Shown piece after piece: positions 37,023-44,644 of a stretch of DNA of 64,000 bases. The translations under genes were made by a program, and so were the position numbers. Position 1 is the first letter of the stretch. Every line of letters starts with the position of its first letter. This DNA comes from Candidatus Saccharimonadales bacterium (GTDB taxonomy: Bacteria; Patescibacteriota; Saccharimonadia; Saccharimonadales; UBA10212), in assembly GCA_049521895.1 (NCBI GenBank), contig JBEKOJ010000001.1:554478-618477 (forward strand). Reading direction: 5' to 3'. The notes below the pieces were generated by a model, which was not told the DNA's origin, did not search any database, and worked only from the letters and a program-made list of their open reading frames with translations.

Positions 37023-37556
37023 ATGAAGTCAAAGGATGACACTAATTTATACAAACCCGATGATTCCGATGATACGTCAACTACCACTGGAGCTAAAGGC
37101 TCTACCATCACCTGGACAGCGTCCGAGTACGTCGAGCACCAGCACGGCGTGGGTTGGTATGCCTCACTGGTTGTGGTAACAGTTGCACTTACGGCCGGTA
37201 TCTATTTTATAACCAAAGACTATTTTGCTGCCGGTACCATTATCACGCTTGGTATTATCGTGGCGGTTTTTGCTGGACACCAACCAAGCCAAATTGAATT
37301 TGAACTGTCCGATTCCGGCCTACGCGTCGGCGAAAAAAACTACAGCTATAGCCTCTTCAAGTCCTTCAGTATCTTCAGAGAAGGCAAACTCCCAAGTATT
37401 AACATGGCTCCTATTAAGCGTTTTATGCCACCTATATCGGCCTATTTTGACCCAAAGGACGAGCGAAAAATCGTTGATTTATTGGGCGAACACATACCAT
37501 TTGAACCACGCAATCCAAGTGTAATCGACCGTCTTAGCCAACGCCTCCGCCTCTAG
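37023..37556 (+). CDS. hypothetical membrane protein (two TM helices followed by a small soluble domain)
   Basis: TM pair LVVVTVALTAGIYFI / IITLGIIVAVFAG; no catalytic motifs. Confidence 0.3.
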   Translation: MKSKDDTNLYKPDDSDDTSTTTGAKGSTITWTASEYVEHQHGVGWYASLVVVTVALTAGIYFITKDYFAAGTIITLGIIVAVFAGHQPSQIEFELSDSGLRVGEKNYSYSLFKSFSIFREGKLPSINMAPIKRFMPPISAYFDPKDERKIVDLLGEHIPFEPRNPSVIDRLSQRLRL

Positions 37557-37635
37557 ATCTGATATGCCTCTGCAAACGAAGTTAAGCTTCGATTATAAAG
37601 TATTCTAAAACTATCAATCGGGGTTTTACGGATGT

Positions 37636-38193
37636 TTACTTCAGCGAAAAGGCTGCTGCGGAAGACATAGCAGGATATGAACCTACAAGCAAGGCCTTCA
37701 CTAGCAACAGATTCCAGCCGGGAAAATCATTGAACAAAACTAACCCCATCAGAAGGACAGTTAGCGAGATTGAATAAAGCACTACCACTTTACTGATAAT
37801 GTAGCTAAACGTGCTAGTTTTTGCTTCATGTATAAACGTCTTGTCGTTTTTATATATCAGTAGGCCGACTAACAGGAAAACGAACAAAAGTATCCCGATA
37901 ATATTAATCCAAGGTAGCCTTTTGGCTAAATTTACACTTAAACCTAGCGCTTGCCCTAAGCCGACGCCCAAAAAAGCACCTGCTGTACCGCGTGCCAGTT
38001 CCATAAGGTGTGAGCGTTTAATTGTATAGTTGCCGAGCTTGACCATCGTTTTTTCTATGTAAGCTTCCTGCTTCTCTACTTTGACCAGCTCTTTGTCTTC
38101 TTTCTGGACAATTCTTTCCAGATCTCTCTCAATACCGCCCAGAGCACCAAGTTTCCGGTCTATCCTATCCAGTCTTATGTCGGTTTGACTCAT
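37636..38193 (-). CDS. hypothetical membrane protein with an N-terminal coiled-coil
   Basis: N-terminus rich in charged heptads (RLDRIDRKLGALGGIERDLERIVQKEDKELVKVEKQEAYIEK), then 3-4 TM helices. Confidence 0.3.
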   Translation of the reverse strand: MSQTDIRLDRIDRKLGALGGIERDLERIVQKEDKELVKVEKQEAYIEKTMVKLGNYTIKRSHLMELARGTAGAFLGVGLGQALGLSVNLAKRLPWINIIGILLFVFLLVGLLIYKNDKTFIHEAKTSTFSYIISKVVVLYSISLTVLLMGLVLFNDFPGWNLLLVKALLVGSYPAMSSAAAFSLK

Positions 38194-38252
38194 GAATTTT
38201 TATTTTTTAGAATCCTACGGTCTATATTAGCATAAACACTATAAAAAATCAA

Positions 38253-38329
38253 TGGTACACCCGGCGCGATTCGAACGCACGACCTTTGGCTCCGCAAGCC
38301 AACGCTCTATCCAGCTGAGCTACGGGTGC
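38253..38329 (-). tRNA. tRNA-Arg-like (anticodon read as GCG; needs verification)
   Basis: Reverse complement GCACCCGTAGCTCAGCTGGATAGAGCGTTGGCTTGCGGAGCCAAAGGTCGTGCGTTCGAATCGCGCCGGGTGTACCA; anticodon stem TTGGC/GCCAA with loop TTGCGGA. Confidence 0.6.
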
Positions 38330-38512
38330 TCGTCGGAGCCTGCGTTTCTGCCTCGCTTTGCCTGTTGGCAAAAGCTTCGGCCTAAAGCTATGCTCCTCCT
38401 CTCGAATTTTCAGACGGTGATTAGCCCCCCGCTTTGAAAATTTGGGAGAAACGGAAAAGAACAGGGGTAATTATAACACTTACACCTCTGATAATCCAGG
38501 GGCCAAACCGAC

Positions 38513-39631
38513 CTATTGGATTTTGATAGTGCGGTGCGGTTTTGGTGTAGCTGTGGTTCTGGGCGTGGTCGCAGTATATTCGGCCGGACTAGCCGGCGGT
38601 AGGTTACTCTCAGCAGCCGCAGCCAACTGACGTTTCTGGTTTCCCCGGCCTATAAACATTGAACTTCCAATGGCCGCGGTTCCAAGAACGACATAACCAC
38701 CGCCAAACCACCAGTAGCTTTTATCAACCGCCTGCTCCACGTCTACTAATAAAGTTCGTAAACTGCTCTGTAGTACGGCGTTATTGACCGATATTTTTGG
38801 CGCCAAAGTGTGAGCTGTAACTCGGTTAACAGCCCAGGCAAAAACTAGCAATACTATACCGATAGCCAGTAGTGGCCAGCCAACGCGCCTTAAGCCGGCG
38901 CGCCTAGTCGAACTCAGAAGGATAATAGCCAGCCCCACCAGCACGGTGATTATACCTAAAACTAGCGGCGTTTTCTTAACTTGTCTGTATCTGTTGGGTG
39001 CACTCTTGAGCTGGTCGGCAAACACCGATTGGTTGCTATTACCGCTCTTTATGCTTGTAGCTGTAATGATCGGGTTATCTAAAAATCCTTGCCCACCCAA
39101 GATACTGGTCTGTAAAGTGGAAGCTGCACTGGCAGCACTGATACCTTTAGGCAGGCAAGTTGCGCTGAGAGGGTCAAAATTATCAGCGCTAACAGAGGCG
39201 CTGCAAGCTGGCAGGCTAGACAACTGCTGCTGTACTAATTGTGCCGCATTACTGGCAAAAGTCGTTTTGGCGCTTGTCAGATCAATTTGGAAGTCCGGCA
39301 ACGGCGTCATGCCATTCAGCCAATCGTATATACCATCTATCGTGGCCTCAGTATTCTGTTGCACAAATTGCGGCGTAAAGGTATCAACCGCTGCCGTCCT
39401 AATAGTGCTATTGTTAAGTGAAACATTCTCTCCTCCGCCTGTAATTTGCTTGGATTGATCCAAAAGGCCTGGGACTACAGTGTTGTAGACGCCACTGTTT
39501 GCTAAGATATGCTTGATGGTCGCCGGGTGGGTGCCGATACGTATAAAGCCCACATCAATGGCTATAATGTAGAGCAGTATTACAAAAATTGGGGCTAATA
39601 ATATCAGCAAAAGTTTTCTCACAAGCCGCAT
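38513..39631 (-). CDS. hypothetical membrane protein
   Basis: N-terminal TM (LLLILLAPIFVILLYIIAI), a Ser/Ala/Thr-rich extracytoplasmic region with Cys residues, two C-terminal TM helices and a Pro/Thr-rich tail. Confidence 0.3.
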   Translation of the reverse strand: MRLVRKLLLILLAPIFVILLYIIAIDVGFIRIGTHPATIKHILANSGVYNTVVPGLLDQSKQITGGGENVSLNNSTIRTAAVDTFTPQFVQQNTEATIDGIYDWLNGMTPLPDFQIDLTSAKTTFASNAAQLVQQQLSSLPACSASVSADNFDPLSATCLPKGISAASAASTLQTSILGGQGFLDNPIITATSIKSGNSNQSVFADQLKSAPNRYRQVKKTPLVLGIITVLVGLAIILLSSTRRAGLRRVGWPLLAIGIVLLVFAWAVNRVTAHTLAPKISVNNAVLQSSLRTLLVDVEQAVDKSYWWFGGGYVVLGTAAIGSSMFIGRGNQKRQLAAAAESNLPPASPAEYTATTPRTTATPKPHRTIKIQ

Positions 39632-39639
39632 ACGCTTAT

Positions 39640-40165
39640 TGTACCAGAAGTTTGGCTATGCTACCCCTTGCATTGTTATTGACCTTCTGCAAAAAGTTCC
39701 ACTTTCTGAGTGGCGGCCCTCGTGGTACGCGGTACGAGGTCCGGCGAGTGGTGGAAGCTCGGTGCGTTGCTTAAGTAGACAACTTAGGCAGTGCTCGCTG
39801 ATGTACCGATCGCCTACCCGGTCGCGTGGACCTGGGTGTACCGCTAGATACCTCGGTTGAGCCAAATCAAGCGCAAGTTGTGCGCCGACTCTTACGCACT
39901 CTTGTGTCATTCATCAAAGTGCCTACGAAGGTCGGGCCGGGTGTCCGCTCGCCCGTCCGGTCGCGTCGAGTCGGCTGTATCGCCAATAAGCATGAATAGG
40001 CGAGTTTTGTGATTTAAGGGCGGGGACTGTCTGAGCTCTTCGCTCTTACGAAGAACTTCGACCCGGCGTACGAGGAACCGAGTAGAGCCGCTCAGCTGCT
40101 GCTCGGCGGGTCAGAGCGTTGAACTTCTCGACGGCAGCGCGATTGAGCTCTCTGTATTTGTCGCC
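39640..40165. other. GC-rich non-coding block of atypical composition (possible element remnant or structured RNA)
   Basis: About 520 bp that is visibly richer in G/C than its surroundings; only short overlapping ORFs on both strands. Confidence 0.3.
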
Positions 40166-40168
40166 GCC

Positions 40169-40564
40169 GTGCTTAGCTGCCAGAAAAGAGATTATGTGCT
40201 TAGGGCCAAATGGCTTGAAAATCACGTCGGCAGAGTTGAGACCAACAGATATAATAGACTCATGAGAATCTTCGGAATACGAGTGGTACGCTTGCTAAAA
40301 GAGTCGCCAGCAGGTGTGCGCGGCGATTTAAGCATAAGACATTTTCATAATGGCAAGATTGCAACCAAAGCAAAAGTTGGCACCGAGCTTCACAGAGATA
40401 CTAATACGTGGCAACACAGAGAACGATATATTGACATGCTTCATCAATATGATAAACATTCGTACAATGAAAAAATTATCAATCCAACAACTGGTGATTA
40501 CATGGAAAAGGATGAGGTCTACGCAGACCACAGAAAATCCAAAGGCCGAAAGCGCACTCAGTAA
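40169..40564 (+). CDS. hypothetical protein (possible degenerate HNH-like C-terminus)
   Basis: The C-terminus EVYADHRKSKGRKRTQ weakly resembles the start of an HNH motif (EVDHIiPkSkGG) but is cut by a stop; otherwise no motifs. Confidence 0.2.
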   Translation: MLSCQKRDYVLRAKWLENHVGRVETNRYNRLMRIFGIRVVRLLKESPAGVRGDLSIRHFHNGKIATKAKVGTELHRDTNTWQHRERYIDMLHQYDKHSYNEKIINPTTGDYMEKDEVYADHRKSKGRKRTQ

Positions 40565-40818
40565 CTAATTGGATACTGAACTACACACATAATTCGTCCG
40601 GCTTCCACTTGAGAAGCTGTAGTTGCTGGAGGTAGAACAATAGGTGCTTCACCAGAGCTGTATAGCGAACCTACCGTTTGTAAACACTCCTTTTGTGCAA
40701 GCTTGATGTGGTTAGTCCGTTGTATCAAGTAGAACTTAGCGCCCGTAAATACTAAAGCAACAGTTAATATCGTTACCCAAAGCATAACCACAATTGTTCG
40801 TTTCATCCCCTCGCCCAT
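40558..40818 (-). CDS. hypothetical small membrane protein
   Basis: 86 aa with one N-terminal TM helix (TIVVMLWVTILTVALVFTGAKFYLI). Confidence 0.2.
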   Translation of the reverse strand: MGEGMKRTIVVMLWVTILTVALVFTGAKFYLIQRTNHIKLAQKECLQTVGSLYSSGEAPIVLPPATTASQVEAGRIMCVVQYPISY

Positions 40819-40966
40819 AACACCTCCTTAATCTGCAAATATTATAACGCATTCAATCTACTTGCTATGAAGAGATAGTCGCCAATTAGCTTCGGGCTTC
40901 TGCCACAGCGCGTACGGGAATCCGGTCCTCCATTTCTTCGTTTGTTCTGGTAAAATAGGTCCCACT

Positions 40967-42730
40967 ATGGAGAGGAATGTAGAAGGAAACACCGGTAAGA
41001 GAGCCATCATCTACCTGCGAGTTTCAACTGCTCGTCAGGCATCTTCAGGTGGCGAAGCTGAGGGTTACTCCATCCCGGCACAACGTGAGGCCTGCCGACG
41101 TAAGGCCACCGAGCTCGGCGCTGACGTCGTAGATGAATACGTTGATGCCGGAGCTAGTGCTCGCTCAGCAGACCGGCCAGCTCTGCAAGCACTCCTAGAC
41201 CGGCTGAATGAGCAGAAAGACGTCGACTATGTCATCGTCCATAAGGTCGACCGTCTAGCCCGGGACCGAGCTGATGATGTCGCTATTGGCCTGACTATCC
41301 ATAAGGCCGGAGCGGTGCTCGTTTCAGCCTCGGAGCAGATTGACGACACGCCGGCTGGCACGTTGCTACACGGCATCATGGCGGCGATTGCCGAGTTCTA
41401 CTCCAAGAACCTGAGCCATGAGACTAAGAAAGGTCTGCATGAGAAGGCCAAGCGTGGCGGTACGCCTGGCTATGCACCACTCGGCTATCTGAACAGCACG
41501 ACCAGGGTTGATGGCAAAGAAGTCAAGGCCGTGGACCTTGACCCAGAGCGAGCACCTCATCTGCAGTGGGCCTTTGAGGCTTACGCCTTGGGCGAATGGT
41601 CAATCACCGACATCGTCGACGAGCTAGCCCGGAGAGGCATGAAGACTCGACCGACTGCAACTAGGCAGGCCATACCGCTGGTTAGAAGCCAAGTCCACCG
41701 CATCCTGAAAAGTCCGTACTACACCGGACGGCTGCCGTACCGAGGCGTTGAGTACGACGGCAAGCACCCGGCTCTGATTGACGATGAGACCTGGCAGCGA
41801 GTACAGGATGTGCTCGACGGTCGACGAATCTCGGGTGACCGCTCTTGGAAGCACGAGCACTACTTGAAGGGCACTGTTTTCTGTGCCAGATGCGACTCAC
41901 GTCTAGCTATGACCTACGCCAAAGGCCGTGGCGGTACCTACCAATACTTCTACTGCCTCGGCAGAGCTAAGAAGCGCACTGGTTGCGACCTGCCGTATCT
42001 GTTGGCTGAAAAAGTCGAGGAGCAAGTCATTGACCACTGGCGCTCGCGGAAACTGGCATCTGACCTGGTCGAACTGGTCCGCGATGTGGCTCGTGAAGAA
42101 CTGGCGGAGCAAAAATCCAAGGACAAGCAGCTGCTGGTGACCCAACGCCGGCGCTTACAGCGCCTTGAAGCTAAGCGCCAGAAGCTGATTGATGCTTATC
42201 TAGCCGAAGCTATCCCGATCGCTGACCTGAAGAAGCGGCAAGAAGCCATCGCTGTTGAGCAGCGAGATGCTGAACGCCTCATTGAGCTAGCCAACGTCAA
42301 CCACGCCTTGATCGAAGAGCGACTGGAGATTGCACTCAATCTGCTCGAGCACTGTGACCGGCTGTACATAGGAGCTAATGAGGCAGGCAGACGAGCAGCC
42401 AATCAGGCTTTCTTCGCCGCGCTGTACATGGACACTGCAGGCGTTGTTAGGGCGGAGCTCAACCCGCCGTTTGCTGAGCTCGTCGATAGAAGCATTGGTC
42501 TGGTCGACGATGACGACGACGGGCCGGAGGACGACCCAGACGGACCCGAACCCCTGGACTGGCCTAGGGAGGCCACAGGGGCGACCAGGGCGACCGTCCT
42601 GGCCTCGGCGAAGACAAACCCCCTGGCCGAGGGGTCAGGGGGTTCGGACGTCAAACTTTTGGCGGAAGGGGTGGGATTCGAACCCACGGTGCACTTGCGT
42701 GCACACCTGTTTTCGAGACAAGCCAGTTAA
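40967..42730 (+). CDS. large serine recombinase (resolvase/invertase-type catalytic domain plus recombinase domain and zinc ribbon)
   Basis: AIIYLRVSTARQ holds the catalytic Ser; there is a central recombinase domain, a Cys cluster CARCDSRL...YFYCLGRAKKRTGC, a coiled-coil QRRRLQRLEAKRQKLIDAY and an acidic tail; composition is high-GC relative to neighbours; the ORF has no stop before it runs antisense through tRNA-Ser(CGA) at 42660-42749, so the true C-terminus is uncertain. Confidence 0.8.
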   Translation: MERNVEGNTGKRAIIYLRVSTARQASSGGEAEGYSIPAQREACRRKATELGADVVDEYVDAGASARSADRPALQALLDRLNEQKDVDYVIVHKVDRLARDRADDVAIGLTIHKAGAVLVSASEQIDDTPAGTLLHGIMAAIAEFYSKNLSHETKKGLHEKAKRGGTPGYAPLGYLNSTTRVDGKEVKAVDLDPERAPHLQWAFEAYALGEWSITDIVDELARRGMKTRPTATRQAIPLVRSQVHRILKSPYYTGRLPYRGVEYDGKHPALIDDETWQRVQDVLDGRRISGDRSWKHEHYLKGTVFCARCDSRLAMTYAKGRGGTYQYFYCLGRAKKRTGCDLPYLLAEKVEEQVIDHWRSRKLASDLVELVRDVAREELAEQKSKDKQLLVTQRRRLQRLEAKRQKLIDAYLAEAIPIADLKKRQEAIAVEQRDAERLIELANVNHALIEERLEIALNLLEHCDRLYIGANEAGRRAANQAFFAALYMDTAGVVRAELNPPFAELVDRSIGLVDDDDDGPEDDPDGPEPLDWPREATGATRATVLASAKTNPLAEGSGGSDVKLLAEGVGFEPTVHLRAHLFSRQAS

Positions 42731-42749
42731 ACCACTCCTGCACCCTTCC
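42660..42749 (-). tRNA. tRNA-Ser (anticodon CGA), type II
   Basis: Reverse complement GGAAGGGTGCAGGAGTGGTTTAACTGGCTTGTCTCGAAAACAGGTGTGCACGCAAGTGCACCGTGGGTTCGAATCCCACCCCTTCCGCCA; anticodon loop CTCGAAA; a TATAAT box 12 nt upstream. Confidence 0.8.
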
Positions 42750-42981
42750 GTAACAGAGGTAATTATAGCCTACTTTTATTACTATTTTGCTATTATTAAT
42801 CTATGGGTTTGGGATTAATCAGCTTTCTCTTTACGTTAGGCGCGGGTACTTGGATTTATACTAAACTCCAGCGCTACAATGGCAACAATACCAAACAGTC
42901 GGTTATAGCCGCCGCCGTAGCCGCAGTTATCATTTTCTTAATTATGTTTTCTATTCTAAGTTTGATTATCAAAAAATAACC

Positions 42982-43380
42982 ATGGTTGAAAGCGTCTTCA
43001 CCAAAATTATCAAGGGCGAAATCCCCTGCCACAAGATCTACGAAGACGAAAAAACTATGGCTTTTATGGAAATTCGGCCGATTCAGCCGGGACACGTCCT
43101 GGTTATTACAAAAAAGCAACTTCACATCTGGGATCTGCCAGATGAAGAATATCAGGCGCTTATGAAAACGGTTAAAAAAGTTGCCGATCGTATCAGCGAG
43201 ATCCTAAAACCTAGAAGGGTTGGTATACAAGTCGTTGGGCTTCACGTTCCTGATCATGCCCACGTTCATGTTTTTCCCTTTAATTCGATGGAAGAATATC
43301 GCCATGACCCAGACTCCGATGATCCAGACCATGCAGCCCTGGCTGAAATGGCCGCAAAGCTTCGCTTTGGCAACAAGTAA
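42982..43380 (+). CDS. HIT-family (histidine triad) nucleotide hydrolase
   Basis: HVPDHAHVHVFP is the HxHxHxx HIT motif; 132 aa. Confidence 0.8.
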   Translation: MVESVFTKIIKGEIPCHKIYEDEKTMAFMEIRPIQPGHVLVITKKQLHIWDLPDEEYQALMKTVKKVADRISEILKPRRVGIQVVGLHVPDHAHVHVFPFNSMEEYRHDPDSDDPDHAALAEMAAKLRFGNK

Positions 43381-43679
43381 AGAGTAACTGGAAACTAGTT
43401 AAGCCACTAGCCTTACAATGCCAATTCCTTGTTACTAGTTCCTAGTTTCTGGTATCATATGGCTATATGCCCGGTAGTAGACTTTCGAGCCAGCTCGCCA
43501 CCCATGTAGGTTATTATTCGACACTGGAACCTAGCATACATTACCGGTATACAGATAAAGAGGGCTTGCCTGACGAGCTGGAGCTTCAAGGATATGTCGA
43601 ATAATCTCGAAAGCTCACTACCGGGTATGAGGTGGAGAGTTGAGAGTTGTTACTATTGCGAGAGTCAGCTCAACTCTCT

Positions 43680-43780
43680 AATGAACAAATGCGACAAATG
43701 TTCAATGTTCAATGAATGTAGCAATGGCCAATGGCCCAATGCATTGTCCATTCGTCCATTTGTCCATTCGTTCATTGCCT
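43680..43780. repeat. AATG/CATT-pentamer hairpin element (5' of the HTH-HAD gene)
   Basis: AATGAACAAATGCGACAAATGTTCAATGTTCAATGAATGTAGCAATGGCCAATGGCCCAATGCATTGTCCATTCGTCCATTTGTCCATTCGTTCATTG. Confidence 0.6.
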
Positions 43781-43795
43781 CCGTAGGAGGCGCCC

Positions 43796-44644
43796 ATGGA
43801 TGAAAAGACCTTAGGCCACAAACTTCAATTGGCCCGTAAGCAGGCCGGCCTGACGCAGCAACAGCTCTGCCAAAAAGCTGGCCTTTCCTACTCTACGCTG
43901 GCCAAAATTGAGCGTGGCGCTATTCGTTCCCCATCTGTTTTTACGGTCGCATCAATCGCTTCTGCCACTGGTGTTCCTCTGACAGACCTGCTGGGTACGA
44001 ATGTACATAGCTCCCCAGCCCTGACGCCCGCTAAAAAGCGCTCCAAAAACGGCGTCACTTTTGTTTATTTTGACGTCAATGGTACCTTGGTGTGTTTTTT
44101 TCATAGAGCCTTTACCGAAATTGCCCGGGCTTGCGGCCAGCAACCCGACTTTGTGGAAACGCTTTACTGGCGCTACAACGATGGTATCGTCAGGGGTGAC
44201 ATGAGCCTGGAGAAGTTCAATGCCGCGCTTGGCAAAGAACTGGGGTTAGATGATTTTGACTGGCAAAAATACTATATGGCCAATGTCGAGCCGGTACCTG
44301 GAGTAGAAGAGTTTGTCGAGTGGGCGGCACAGCACTACGAGGTTGGTCTAATTAGCAATAACATGCCTGGGTTTATAGATGAAATGATCCACAACAAAAT
44401 TGTTCCTGATGTGAAATACACAGTAGCCATCGATTCCTCAAAAGTTGGAATCATCAAACCCGAGGCCAAAATTTACGAGCTGGGCCAGGAGATGGCCGCC
44501 GTAGAGCCTCGTGAAATCCTGCTGATAGACAACGAACGACCCAACCTAATAGCGGCTGACCGCGCCGGCTGGCAAGTAATTTGGTTTGACGACCTTGACC
44601 CCGAAGACAGCATTGAACGCGCCAAAGCGGCCCTAGAGTTCTAG
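43796..44644 (+). CDS. XRE-family HTH domain fused to a HAD-superfamily hydrolase domain
   Basis: N-terminal LGHKLQLARKQAGLTQQQLCQKAGLSYSTLAKIERG (XRE HTH); HAD motif I FDVNGTL, motif III-like SSKVGIIKPE and a terminal acidic DD. Confidence 0.6.
   Translation: MDEKTLGHKLQLARKQAGLTQQQLCQKAGLSYSTLAKIERGAIRSPSVFTVASIASATGVPLTDLLGTNVHSSPALTPAKKRSKNGVTFVYFDVNGTLVCFFHRAFTEIARACGQQPDFVETLYWRYNDGIVRGDMSLEKFNAALGKELGLDDFDWQKYYMANVEPVPGVEEFVEWAAQHYEVGLISNNMPGFIDEMIHNKIVPDVKYTVAIDSSKVGIIKPEAKIYELGQEMAAVEPREILLIDNERPNLIAADRAGWQVIWFDDLDPEDSIERAKAALEF

Noticed and set aside
39640-40165. tmRNA, RNase P RNA or SRP RNA in the GC-rich block
   Set aside because: No tRNA-like 3' end (GGTTCGAATCC...CCA), no tag-peptide reading frame, no RNase P P4 (AGGAAAGTCCGGGC) and no SRP domain IV motif were found by eye.
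40169-40564. HNH endonuclease call for the 131-aa ORF
   Set aside because: Only the first few residues of an HNH-like motif (EVYADHRKSKG) appear before the stop. There is no Cys/His zinc pairs or the second half of the motif. At most it is a decayed remnant.
42660-42730. Recombinase C-terminal 23 residues (AEGVGFEPTVHLRAHLFSRQAS)
   Set aside because: This is an in-frame antisense read-through of tRNA-Ser(CGA). It is probably not part of the functional protein, though the absence of an earlier stop is itself noted as a finding.
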